Source: Thainema sp. (GTDB lineage Bacteria > Cyanobacteriota > Cyanobacteriia > Phormidesmidales > Phormidesmidaceae). From it: a stretch of 64,000 bases of DNA. Numbering within the stretch: the first letter of the stretch is position 1; each line of letters opens with the position of its first letter. The notes under the pieces are model-generated. The model was not told where the DNA came from. It searched no databases and was given only the letters and a program-made list of their open reading frames with translations. Below are positions 48,489 to 58,465 of this stretch, piece after piece. The DNA is taken from the NCBI GenBank assembly GCA_052168235.1, contig JBQLZK010000018.1, positions 21,843 to 85,842 of the forward strand, read 5' to 3'. Position numbers and translations under genes: made by a program.

Positions 48489-49157
48489 GTGAACTGTTCA
48501 GCCATTATTTTGGCAGGTGGCCAAAGCTCCCGCATGGGACAAGATAAAGCTCTGATCTCTATCAATGGTGTCCCCATGCTAACCCATGTTGGTCAGGTTG
48601 CTTTAGCCTGCGTCGATTCCGCCTATATCGTGACACCCTGGCCGGAGCGCTATCGTGCGATCGCACCTGCTGGTTGTGAATTTATTCCAGAAGTTGCCTC
48701 TCAACCAGCCGATGAACCCTCTTCATTGGATCAAGCGACAACCATATCCCCGTCTTTGAATCATGGCCCTTTGGTGGGATTTGCTCAAGGACTACAGCAC
48801 GTTAAAACGGAGTGGGTGCTGCTGCTGGCGTGTGACCTACCGCGACTGAACGCTGAGCTAATTCAGTCCTGGTTGCCATTATTACAAGAGGTACCGAAAG
48901 ATGCGATCGCGCTTCTTGCTCATCAAGCGAAAGGTTGGGAACCGCTGTGTGGCTTCTACCGCTCAAGCTGTCTGGAGTGCTTGGGGGTTTATATTGCGTC
49001 TGGTCGCCGATCGTTCCAAGGTTGGCTTAACCAATCAACCGTCAGTCCACTACCAGATTTCGATGAAAGTATTTTATTTAACTGTAATACACCAGTAGAT
49101 TTACGTAAAATTCAAGAATCCCCGAGTAATTTCAAATCCAATGTGAATTTTGGGTGA
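48489..49157 (+). CDS. mobA: Molybdenum cofactor guanylyltransferase
   Basis: ILAGGQSSRMGQDKAL, GPLVG, LLACDLP, EPLCGFY, FNCNTPVD. Confidence 0.93.
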   Translation: MNCSAIILAGGQSSRMGQDKALISINGVPMLTHVGQVALACVDSAYIVTPWPERYRAIAPAGCEFIPEVASQPADEPSSLDQATTISPSLNHGPLVGFAQGLQHVKTEWVLLLACDLPRLNAELIQSWLPLLQEVPKDAIALLAHQAKGWEPLCGFYRSSCLECLGVYIASGRRSFQGWLNQSTVSPLPDFDESILFNCNTPVDLRKIQESPSNFKSNVNFG

Positions 49158-49277
49158 AAGTTTTCAGGATTTTCCGTTTCTTGTAGAACGATAAGTGCAT
49201 GCGGCAATCCACGTAGGAGCTAAGTATATTTATGCAGGCAAAGCTCAGCTCATTTAAAAACCTGTGTTCCTGATTTC

Positions 49278-49673
49278 GTGAATCTACTTATGAATATTGA
49301 TCGCGCTTTTCATCAAATTTTATTAGAGCTTTTGTCTCTGCATCAACAAGCTCGACTCCATTTACCTGCGAGCCAAGTGGCTATTGAATATCAGCTTCGG
49401 CAGATTCACCATGTTCAACACCAGCTACAGGACATTGAGCAGCGTGTTGCACTGCAGTTTGGCCGTGGTAGTTCCCAGCCAGTGCGGCAGTGCCACCAGC
49501 GACTCGTGGATTTGATTCGGATGCTCCAGCGACGACTGCACAATTTGGTGTTACTGGCGGAAGAGTTTGAAATTGATCCAGAAGGGACGATTGCCTGTTT
49601 ACGCTGCATTGATGCAACTGACCAGCAAATTATTCAACATGTTGAAGCTACTCAGTCTCTACAAGCCAGTTAG
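49278..49673 (+). CDS. Hypothetical helical protein
   Basis: 131-aa Q/L-rich ORF filling the gap; no recognised motif. Confidence 0.5.
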   Translation: MNLLMNIDRAFHQILLELLSLHQQARLHLPASQVAIEYQLRQIHHVQHQLQDIEQRVALQFGRGSSQPVRQCHQRLVDLIRMLQRRLHNLVLLAEEFEIDPEGTIACLRCIDATDQQIIQHVEATQSLQAS

Positions 49674-49733
49674 ATAAACTAACAGATAGCCTTAATTGAC
49701 CCAAATGAGTGAACCCGATTAACGAATACACCA

Positions 49734-50975
49734 TTAACCCTGAATCACCTGTTTGGTTGTCGTCAGCGCGGCGATATCGATTAATCCCCGATGGGGGCTG
49801 CGCTGATTAGACATACCCAATGCGATCGCATTACTGTCGGGGGGGTTGCGATAAAAGCGTGGTGATGTATTGACGTAGACCGATGCACTTTGAATTTGCA
49901 TTGAAAACTGCCGGCTTTCGGAATAGGACTCGGTGACGATGGAATCGGCGTGGCTGCTGCTGTGGTTATTAATCCAGCGAATTGCTTCATCAATGTCGTC
50001 TACGACTTTAAAGGCAATAACCTTTTCTAGATAAGGTTGCGACCATTCATCGTCCTCGGCCAAGATAAGTTCTGGAAACTCATTAACTAAAATCTGATCC
50101 CCGCGCAACTCATAGCCTTTATCTTGCAGTGCATTCCAAACCATCGTCAGCGTCGAGGGATTATGGTTGCGGGCAATCAGTACTTTCTCGATGGCGTTGA
50201 CCGGATCTGGTTCGCTCTGATGACTATCTAAAATCATCCAGCGCACGAGATCCAAATTGCCCGTGGATGACCAGTACAAGTAGCAGTTACCCATCGCCGC
50301 CCGCAGAATCGGTACAGCCGATTGGCGCATCACCTGCTGTACCAAACTAGGACGACCATAGGGAATCACTAGGTTCAAGCCTGAGTCTTGAGTTACCAGG
50401 CTACGAATCGTGCTGGTTTGCTCCGCTGGCATCAGGGTAATACCGGAGATAGGATAGCCCGCTTCTGACAGCGCAATTTGAATGGCCTGAACGATAATTT
50501 CATTGGTGTGGCTCGCTTCACTGCCCCCTTTAAGGACAAGGCTATTGCCCGTAAAGCAGCATAGTCCAGATGCGATCGCACTGAGCTCCGGCAGCGCTTC
50601 ATAGATCAATGCCACCACGCCTAACGGCACAATTTGGCAGCACAATTGCCCCTCTTGCAGGGGACGAGGGCTATACGAATAGCGCAGCGGATCAGGTAAA
50701 TTGGCTAATCGCTCTAAGAAAGACGCCGCTAACTGCAACCGCTCTGGCGTGAGCTTAAGCCAATCCAGAATCAAATCGGGCACAGCCATCTCCCGACTGG
50801 CCTCTAAATCTAGCGTATTGGCTTCCAGAATATTGTCCTGAGCAGCCAGTACAGCCTCTGCCATCAGGCGAATCATCTGTTTGCGGTCAGCAGATTCCAG
50901 GTTGATCAAATCCTGAAAGCCATCTTGAGCTTGCCGCAGTAGTCGAATCAAAGAGGAATTAGGGTCAGTCGTCAT
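49734..50975 (-). CDS. proA: Gamma-glutamyl phosphate reductase-like protein (atypical ProA paralog)
   Basis: ILEANTLD, PLGVVALIYE, GNSLVLKGGSEA..TN, IN.HSSSHADSIVT, SASVYVNTSPRF; catalytic Cys region reads DPVNAIEKVL. Confidence 0.8.
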   Translation of the reverse strand: MTTDPNSSLIRLLRQAQDGFQDLINLESADRKQMIRLMAEAVLAAQDNILEANTLDLEASREMAVPDLILDWLKLTPERLQLAASFLERLANLPDPLRYSYSPRPLQEGQLCCQIVPLGVVALIYEALPELSAIASGLCCFTGNSLVLKGGSEASHTNEIIVQAIQIALSEAGYPISGITLMPAEQTSTIRSLVTQDSGLNLVIPYGRPSLVQQVMRQSAVPILRAAMGNCYLYWSSTGNLDLVRWMILDSHQSEPDPVNAIEKVLIARNHNPSTLTMVWNALQDKGYELRGDQILVNEFPELILAEDDEWSQPYLEKVIAFKVVDDIDEAIRWINNHSSSHADSIVTESYSESRQFSMQIQSASVYVNTSPRFYRNPPDSNAIALGMSNQRSPHRGLIDIAALTTTKQVIQG

Positions 50976-50978
50976 GAA

Positions 50979-51386
50979 TTATCGTCTGCATGCAATCCAT
51001 AGCACTACGAGCAACGCAATGAGGGCAAACACCATAACTGCTTGCCAAAGAGTACCACTAGCTACTGAAAGCTGTAGCGCCCTTAGCAATAGTAGCGCCA
51101 CAATAAACGCCAGCATAATAACCAACGTTAATGGAATATAGCTGCGATTGAACTTGGAATGCTCTAGATTCCACTGTTGCCCTGTCCACTGCCACGCCCG
51201 CTTATAAGGGTATGTGGTTGAAAGCTGTTCAAGGACATAGCCGCTGTCTTGGATAACAAAAATTTTTTGACAGCGATCGCAACCGAATGCCTCTGTAAGG
51301 ACAATCGCCCTTAACCGACCGCGTCGGCAACAAGGGCAAGGGTACTCTTTGCTTAAATCGATTTTTTGCGTCTTCTGAGGATGCAC
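50979..51386 (-). CDS. Zn-ribbon membrane protein, cyanobacterial hypothetical
   Basis: YPCPC...LTEAFGCDRCQ, W.WTG..W, 2 C-terminal TM; GTG start inferred. Confidence 0.75.
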   Translation of the reverse strand: MHPQKTQKIDLSKEYPCPCCRRGRLRAIVLTEAFGCDRCQKIFVIQDSGYVLEQLSTTYPYKRAWQWTGQQWNLEHSKFNRSYIPLTLVIMLAFIVALLLLRALQLSVASGTLWQAVMVFALIALLVVLWIACRR

Positions 51387-51729
51387 AAGCAGAGTATTAA
51401 CAGAACGATATAAAAGAGGACTAACTTTACTGATCTTCAATCAGCCTCAAGCGAAATACATCAACAGATTTGAGTATCTTTGCCGTGGCTGCTGTAATTC
51501 TCGCAACATCCGGATTGAAAATGAAATTACCCGCAACTAAGACAGTATGCGTGGCATTTCAGAGAATTCCGATTGCTATTCGAGATTCTAGCACCCAGTT
51601 TTATAGCCGTTCCAACTTCGGTTGACCAATTCACACAGCTAGTTCACATACTTTCTTTCTAAGGCAAATAAATGTCTATGCTTCACCTATAGTTTGATAG
51701 ATATGGCATTTACTAAGCTCAATATTGAT

Positions 51730-51820
51730 TCTCAGCACTCGGCACTCAAAAAAGTAAGGCATGAGGCGAGTTTTAGCTCACTCAGCATTCAGCATTCAAC
51801 ACTCAGTCCTCAGCCCTGAT
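51730..51820. repeat. STRR-like heptamer repeats
   Basis: CTCAGCA CTCGGCA CTC and CTCAGCA TTCAGCA TTCAACA CTCAGTC CTCAGCC. Confidence 0.6.
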
Positions 51821-51884
51821 CTCAAGAGCGACCATTAACTACCGTTGATTCATAGGAGTCGATTCATAGCAGTCGCAGCGGCCC

Positions 51885-52568
51885 TTATGAGATGGAAGGT
51901 TCGGTTTCTGCAGAATTACCGGATGGAGTCGAGGTGGAACCTCCCGCAGCTGTTTTAGATTTGAGATAGTTGCTGACCCGACGCAGGACGCCATTGATGA
52001 AACGATGGCCTTCTTCGCCACTGTAGCGTTTGGAGATTTCAACGGCTTCATTAATTGCAACCCGTTCCGGTGCGCCCAGATACTTAATCTCCGCCACAGC
52101 TACACGCAAAATATCCTGATCCACTTTGGCAAGACGGTTCAGTTGCCAATCGACCAAATTTTGTACCAGCAGATCATCAATATCGGCCTTGTGTGCCACG
52201 ACATGGGTCAAAATCTGCATAGAGTAATCTCGGACTTCCCGCTGATTAGCTAGCTGAATAAACTCGGGCAGCTCTAGCGCATTACCCACAAGGTTAATGG
52301 CTGTTTGAGTAATTTCGGCGGCTTCAGCCAGCATGGTGCGGGCACTGTCGATAGTCGTAGCACGCGTCTCGCTTTCGAGTAGGCGGTTATTGCCCCGCTT
52401 TAGTTCAGCAGCAGCGGTTTCCAGAGCATCCTGAGCTTCAGCCGTCAGCGTTCGCACAGCGGCTAGAACAACATCTTGAAGCTGCTGTGCCTGAATTTTA
52501 CGGGGATCAGAAGGAAGCTGACTCAGACTCAGCAGAGCCAGTTCACGGGCGATTCGGCGAGCTTGCAT
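51885..52568 (-). CDS. nusB: Transcription antitermination factor NusB (cyanobacterial form)
   Basis: RRIARELAL, DWQLNRLAKVDQDILR, VAINEAVEISKRYS, FINGVL. Confidence 0.95.
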   Translation of the reverse strand: MQARRIARELALLSLSQLPSDPRKIQAQQLQDVVLAAVRTLTAEAQDALETAAAELKRGNNRLLESETRATTIDSARTMLAEAAEITQTAINLVGNALELPEFIQLANQREVRDYSMQILTHVVAHKADIDDLLVQNLVDWQLNRLAKVDQDILRVAVAEIKYLGAPERVAINEAVEISKRYSGEEGHRFINGVLRRVSNYLKSKTAAGGSTSTPSGNSAETEPSIS

Positions 52569-52619
52569 GGCAGTGAATTAAAGGTAAGGAGTATTCAGCT
52601 TAATAATGGCTTAATAACG

Positions 52620-53438
52620 CTATCCAATATCGTCGTCATGGGCAAGGGATGGCAGAGTTTGAGATCGCAGATTCATGGTCGATTCCGTTGGCGATTCGAG
52701 TCCCAAATCTAAATCCAGCGGTTGAGCCGAGGACGACTTGAGCGATAGCGCAGTGGTGACATCTGGTGGGTTTTCGTCAGCAGCGGGGTCAACGGGCGAG
52801 GCAAAAGAGCCAGGGCCGACAATCCCGCCCGAAATGAGGACTTTGAAGGCATCTTCAATCGACATCGACAAGTTAATCACATCATTCTCCGGCACAATGG
52901 CGTACCAGCCAGTGGTCGGGTTGGGCGTTGTGGGGATAAAAACGCTCAGCATGGGGCCGGGTAGTTCTGGCTGCATTGAGTTGGCAATTGTACCCGTGAC
53001 AAATGCGATCGCCCACATGTCGCGCCGAGGATATTCCACCAAAATTACGCGGCGAAACTTGGAACTGGTATCCCGAAACAGAGTTTCCAGAAGTTGTTTC
53101 AGCGTTTTGTACACCGAACCCGCAAAGGGAATCGCCTGGAGGATACGCTCGCCAAAGTCCAGCAGCCAGCGCCCTACAATGTTGCGGGCCATCAAACCGA
53201 TGATCAAAATGCACAGCAGCGGAACCGCCAACCCGACGCCTAGATTCAGCAAATTACTAAGGATGGGATGCAGATCATTAAACGGATTGATCCGTTTAGG
53301 CACCCGCGTCAAAAAGTTGACGACCCAAGCGGACACCGTCGTCGTCAACCAAATTGTGGTGGCCAATGGAATAACCACTAGCAAACCCGCAATTAGGTCA
53401 TTTTTCAGATCTTGCTTTAGGCGTTGAAGCACAGACAA
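52620..53438 (-). CDS. DUF502 domain membrane protein
   Basis: LIAGLLVVIPLATT, IP..GSVYKTLKQ, VILVEYPR, VFIPTTPNPTTG, ISGGI. Confidence 0.92.
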   Translation of the reverse strand: MSVLQRLKQDLKNDLIAGLLVVIPLATTIWLTTTVSAWVVNFLTRVPKRINPFNDLHPILSNLLNLGVGLAVPLLCILIIGLMARNIVGRWLLDFGERILQAIPFAGSVYKTLKQLLETLFRDTSSKFRRVILVEYPRRDMWAIAFVTGTIANSMQPELPGPMLSVFIPTTPNPTTGWYAIVPENDVINLSMSIEDAFKVLISGGIVGPGSFASPVDPAADENPPDVTTALSLKSSSAQPLDLDLGLESPTESTMNLRSQTLPSLAHDDDIG

Positions 53439-54134
53439 CCCAATTCTCCTTGCAACGGATGGTGATCAAACTGAGATCGCAGATAAAACAGCGGTAAGTC
53501 AATCACATCGACTAGTTCATAGCCAAAGCGGTGATCGTTGTGCGAGCTTGATGCGGCCTCCTCATTCGATCCTAATCGATCGAACAAACTAACATCGGAT
53601 GCACGAATAAAAACAATGTTCCAATCGTGCAACAGTCTCAGCCGTTTTTGTACTTTCTCTTTTATAGTTTTAAGCTCTGTAACGATTTGTATCAAGCATC
53701 CTGCGCTACGGCTAATACTTTTTCTCTCGTAACCCTGTCCCTTGCCAATTTGGAAACCTAGAAGAGGTATTCACCACTACTACTAGCCACTACTTATGCG
53801 GTGGTAAATCATCTCTTCGAGTTTGAGTGCAAGAGGTGAACTCTCTTCGCTTCAAGATCCCTTACTACAGACAGAGCTACTGAAGAAATAAAAATAATTT
53901 GTTATCAGTTTGTTATCAGTACTACACGTAAGCTTTTGTCAAACTACGTTATCTAGCTACGCTTCAACCCCAACTTAGATTGAAGTTATCTAAGCCGAGG
54001 TTCATATCGGTAAATGCCGCGTGCTGACAGAGCCGCCTCGACTAGCAGATTAGTATCGTCCGTAACATTTTATATTTCTCAGAATACCCCAGAAATTAGC
54101 ATCTTGCACTTGACTAATAGCCGTTGCCACACTA

Positions 54135-55052
54135 TCAGCGATTACTGGGCACTGCATCAACTGAGTTAGATGAATCGGGTTCATTGGCCAGCGGTAACTG
54201 AGCTGGTTCTGAATCCGTCTCCGGACTGGGGTAAGAAATGGGCATGTGGCGCAATTCCCACACCTTGAGCGTGATTAGGTATTCGTAAAAGGCTTGCAGC
54301 ATGCACCAAGCAAAGCCAGCATGCCCGTCTAAGATGCCGCCCAGAATGAAGTACATGTAGAAAAAGCGGACGACCGGACGAAAGGGCAGCCGCAGCGATA
54401 AATCTTTGAGGGCCCGGCGGCGCTCAACCTCGGTTTTCCCGAAAACAATTTGCGGTAAGTTGACGGAACCTGATTCCAATTGGCGCAGGGTTTCTTTCGC
54501 TTCGTCACTAGAGTAGCGGTTATGCTTGTCGATCCAGCGGTCGAATCCTTTGCCGCAGGTGTAATGAGGATAGGTTTCTTGCAAGAATCCGGTGGGGCCG
54601 TCACAGACCTCGCGTTCTGTATGGCCGTAGTCGGTGAACCAAACTTTGTCTTTGCAGAACAGCCGCATTTGGTAGCGGGGATACTGGGTGCTGTGGCGAA
54701 TCCAGCGGCCCATGAACATGACTCGCTCGGCCACGTAGTAGCCTATGTATTCATCGGACTGCATCGCCTTCAGGCACTCTTGAAACAGCTCTGGCGTCAT
54801 CCGCTCATCGGCTTCCAAGATATATACCCAGTCATACTTGGTTGGCACTTCGCGCAGCATCCACGTCCGCTGCTGACCGTGACTGGCAAACTCATGCTGC
54901 ACTAGGCGTACAGGATAGCGCTGGGCAATTTCGCAGGTGCGATCGCGACTGAAGGAATCGACGACAATCACATCATCTGAGAGGAGAGCCGACTCGATGC
55001 ATTCGGCAATATCGATCTCTTCGTTGTAGGTCAGGATGTATATCGAAAACAT
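54135..55052 (-). CDS. Glycosyltransferase family 2, probably for hormogonium/motility polysaccharide
   Basis: ILTYNEE, VVDSFS.DRT, QRTW, LEADE, KHNRYS; downstream of the HpsJ-like gene. Confidence 0.88.
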   Translation of the reverse strand: MFSIYILTYNEEIDIAECIESALLSDDVIVVDSFSRDRTCEIAQRYPVRLVQHEFASHGQQRTWMLREVPTKYDWVYILEADERMTPELFQECLKAMQSDEYIGYYVAERVMFMGRWIRHSTQYPRYQMRLFCKDKVWFTDYGHTEREVCDGPTGFLQETYPHYTCGKGFDRWIDKHNRYSSDEAKETLRQLESGSVNLPQIVFGKTEVERRRALKDLSLRLPFRPVVRFFYMYFILGGILDGHAGFAWCMLQAFYEYLITLKVWELRHMPISYPSPETDSEPAQLPLANEPDSSNSVDAVPSNR

Positions 55053-55210
55053 GTGGATATTAAAATTCAGATGGCGATTGGAGTAGTGAGCTGTCTTACC
55101 TACTTGGACACTTTTTTTACCAGGTCTTTCAACATTTTTCCCGAATTCAGGCAAAAGTCATCAACACCATAAAGGCATATCACAACAACAAATGCCACAG
55201 CACTGAACAC

Positions 55211-55244
55211 ACAAAGGGCTGTACGGTTCTGTACAGCCCTTTGT
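55211..55244. terminator. Hairpin terminator between hpsJ-like and GT2 genes
   Basis: ACAAAGGGCTGTAC-GGTTCT-GTACAGCCCTTTGT. Confidence 0.6.
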
Positions 55245-55471
55245 ATTCTAAATCTCTATGTCTATCTGTATTTGTATTGAATACTGCCAGCTTTATCTGG
55301 CTGGGTTCTGATGGTTAATGTGCCGTACAAAGCATGGCACATCAACCATCAGCATTTATTTGGCATAACGCTGGTCTGTATCCAGAGATACCCAGTGAGG
55401 CCACCACCTTGTCGATAGGTCAAAATCGATAGGTCAAATGCGCTTCAGACCCAAACATGCAGAGAGAAAAT

Positions 55472-56272
55472 CTAAGCGCCAGCCTTCAAATTGCGGAAGC
55501 CTACGACCGCGATGATGAAGTAGCCAATGGCTAGGATCAGGCTGCTGACTGACACCCGAATACCGGATTTTAGGGCTTCTTGGCGAATCTGCTGAGCGGC
55601 TTCCTCCCGTCGCCCACCAATTTCCTGCTGAATTTGACCCCGGAACTGGCCAACCCGCTCTTGCAAAAACTGATCCAGCGCTTGGGGGTCTTCGCGGAAC
55701 TGACGCAGGAGGGCTGCTTGCTCCTGTGGCACCTGGCCGCTTTCAATGGCCTGAGCGAGCAAATCTTCATTTTCAATCAGAGCGTCGATTTGGCTACGCT
55801 GCTGTTCCAGCTCTTGAGACAATCGGCCTTCGAGCTGAGTTTCGGCTGTAGTTGCTTCTTCCTGAATTTGCTCCAGAGCTTGCTGGCTGTTGACGCGGAC
55901 GTTATTCGGATGAAGCACCGTAAATATCAAAAAGACCAAGCCAAAAATGGCGGATAGCACTAGTGCCCAGACCCTCAAATCAGCCCAAGCAGCTCGGCGA
56001 CCACTCCGGCCACTAATACTCTGCACCCAATATCCAGCAAGCAAAAGCGCTACCCCAACCATCGGTACAATGCCGCGATCGACGATCTGGCTGATCATTT
56101 CCAACTGCCAGCCTCGATTACTGAAGTTGGTGGGAAAGATGATCATGATGTAGTCGAGGATGGAGGCCAAAATGGTCACAACTCCAACGACTTTTAGGGC
56201 AATGGATGTCATGGGCGCACTGGGCGCACTGCCCGTCATCGGTGCATTGCTGGGTGAATCCATATAACTCAT
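55472..56272 (-). CDS. hpsJ: HpsJ family membrane protein
   Basis: LKVVG..ILASILDY, WQL....QIVDRGIVPMVGVALL, Q-rich coiled coil, C-terminal TM. Confidence 0.75.
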   Translation of the reverse strand: MSYMDSPSNAPMTGSAPSAPMTSIALKVVGVVTILASILDYIMIIFPTNFSNRGWQLEMISQIVDRGIVPMVGVALLLAGYWVQSISGRSGRRAAWADLRVWALVLSAIFGLVFLIFTVLHPNNVRVNSQQALEQIQEEATTAETQLEGRLSQELEQQRSQIDALIENEDLLAQAIESGQVPQEQAALLRQFREDPQALDQFLQERVGQFRGQIQQEIGGRREEAAQQIRQEALKSGIRVSVSSLILAIGYFIIAVVGFRNLKAGA

Positions 56273-56592
56273 AAAAATACTGACCTTACTCTAAGAACCT
56301 GATTCTAAAGACGGAGGATGAACACTGGCGTGATTCTCAATATTGCCATTGCCTACTGATGATGTGGCATCCGGTATCGGAGAGGCCGCATCAGTTAAGT
56401 CGTGCAGACTTTAGCGTAGCGATGAATTTGTATTCATCGCAACTGAATGGGGCTGCGCATATTATCATGCCCCAATTTAATTGAAATTGAACACACTGCA
56501 ACGGTTTGTGTAATGTGGTCAACTGGCTCAAGTGACCATCCTGTTTAGTAAACCAACAACACTGAATATAGAGCAATATTGACTGGTGGCTA

Positions 56593-57312
56593 CTATTTCC
56601 AATAGCGGACGTTGATTTGGACGTTGCGCTCATACCAGCGGTTCAATAGACGTGGGTTAATTCCTAAACGATAGGTGAGTTTGAGCCACTGATTTAGCAG
56701 GGCGTGCTGATAAATTCCGCGATCGCGGAATCGGCGGGCAGAGGTGATGACGTTGCCGGGTGCGATCGCAGGTTGACCGTGTTGCCGTAGCGCTTCACTG
56801 AATGCCGTATCTTCAAAAATGTCCAAATCCGGCACGCCACCAATCTTTTCGAGGACTTCGCGGCGCACGAAAACGCAGTGATCAAAGTACAAAATGCCGC
56901 CGCGCTGTCCCCGTTGATAAGTGGAATACCAGGAGGTAAACCGCAGTAGCCAGTGGTTGAGATCAAACTGATGGCTAAAACCGCCCCATGCGATCGCGGG
57001 ATCGCTTAACACCTGCTCAATTTGCTGGAGGGCTGTGTGGGCGGGTAGTAGGGTGGCGGGGTGATGGAGCAAAATAATGTCGCCCTGACTGGCGGCAATG
57101 CCTATATTGAACCGCTGGGCGCGATTGTTCGCTTCGGCCTCGATCAACTGAATGTCTGGATACTTCAGGATCGCTTCTCGGGTGCCATCGTCGCTGGGGC
57201 TGAGGGCAATAATGATTTCCTTTTCCCCCACTTGCGCCATCAGGTTGTCCAAAATGCTGAGCAGATAGCCGTGGCGCATCTCGTTGATGCAAGGCAAAAT
57301 TATGGAAATCAT
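56593..57312 (-). CDS. Glycosyltransferase family 2 (TIGR04283-like)
   Basis: MISIILPCINE, SDDGT, RAQRFNIG, WGGF, YFDHCVFVRR, GG.PD..IFED, TSARRF. Confidence 0.8.
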   Translation of the reverse strand: MISIILPCINEMRHGYLLSILDNLMAQVGEKEIIIALSPSDDGTREAILKYPDIQLIEAEANNRAQRFNIGIAASQGDIILLHHPATLLPAHTALQQIEQVLSDPAIAWGGFSHQFDLNHWLLRFTSWYSTYQRGQRGGILYFDHCVFVRREVLEKIGGVPDLDIFEDTAFSEALRQHGQPAIAPGNVITSARRFRDRGIYQHALLNQWLKLTYRLGINPRLLNRWYERNVQINVRYWK

Positions 57313-57475
57313 TGAGGTTGGCAGTGAGGGTTGATCAAGCGCTAGACAGGATTTTTACACAGATTTCGGCCTGAATTCTTACAATTCCCTGAGAGAGATG
57401 AGACTGTGGGCAAGATTGCGCTAGGGTTCTGAGGGATATCGCATCAACCGTAACGATTGTTGAGGTACTTAGACT

Positions 57476-58219
57476 ATGAGTCGAACCGTAGAAGTTCTGT
57501 CCGATAAGTCCGCGTTGATTGAGCGGGCGCTGCAAATCACCGTTGACCGTCTGCAAAGCGCGATCGCAGATCGGGGATTTTGCACCATTGCTCTCTCTGG
57601 TGGCAGTACGCCAAAGCCCCTTTACGAAGCGCTTGCCAAACAGGATTTGCCGTGGGATCAGGTCTACATTTTTTGGGGCGATGAGCGGTACGTTCCGGCT
57701 GAACATGCGGACAGCAACGCCGGGATGGCTCGCAAAGCTTGGCTCGATCATGTCAGCATTCCCGCCGAAAATATTTACCCGATGCCCACCGATGCACCGG
57801 AACCAGAAACAGCCGCCGCCCAGTACGACCAAACGATTCAAGCTTTTTTCCAGGAAAAAACGGGCAAAACTGCTGATTTTCCTGAGTTTGACGTAGTGCT
57901 GCTGGGTATGGGCGATGATGGTCACACGGCCTCACTGTTTCCCCATACGGAAGCTCTGCAAGTGTGCGATCGCAGAATCACCGTTGGCAACAAAGACGGC
58001 CAGCCCCGCATCACCTTCACCGTACCGCTAATTAACTGCGCCCGCACCATCCTATTTGTCGTAGCCGGAGCCGATAAACAAGACGCCCTCTCCCACGTCT
58101 TCAACTCAGAAGCCAATCACGACACCTACCCCTCCAAATTTATTCAACCCCAGCAGGGCGAACTGATTTGGCTCCTCGATCAAGCCGCTGGTGAAAACCT
58201 CAGCCCCGTCACCATCTAG
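57476..58219 (+). CDS. pgl: 6-phosphogluconolactonase
   Basis: ALSGGSTPKPLY, FWGDERYVP, DSN, LLGMGDDGHTASLFP, RIT. Confidence 0.96.
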   Translation: MSRTVEVLSDKSALIERALQITVDRLQSAIADRGFCTIALSGGSTPKPLYEALAKQDLPWDQVYIFWGDERYVPAEHADSNAGMARKAWLDHVSIPAENIYPMPTDAPEPETAAAQYDQTIQAFFQEKTGKTADFPEFDVVLLGMGDDGHTASLFPHTEALQVCDRRITVGNKDGQPRITFTVPLINCARTILFVVAGADKQDALSHVFNSEANHDTYPSKFIQPQQGELIWLLDQAAGENLSPVTI

Positions 58220-58465
58220 ATTATTGCCCAACTCCCCCCTGCCCCCTTAGCTCCCCGCTCATCATCACTCTCCTATCCATCCACGCCCTTCCCATCCACC
58301 CTTCTCCCGCCTTACCCTCCAAACCTCATCCCGATCAAAATCTCAATTATGCTAATGGCCGTATCGCAATATTAAAATCCAACACATTCAATTAAAATCA
58401 AGCACGTTCAGCCGTTTCTACAGCCAACCATTTTTTATGATGGTCGCATTGTGTGGGGGATGCCC

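Noticed and set aside
52738..53427. 229-aa plus-strand ORF
   Set aside because: Antisense to the well-supported DUF502 gene
57335..57925. 196-aa minus-strand ORF
   Set aside because: Antisense to pgl
58220..58340. C/T-rich tract as a functional element (similar tracts at 12440-12530 and 62565-62610)
   Set aside because: Low-complexity intergenic sequence common in filamentous cyanobacteria; no regular unit
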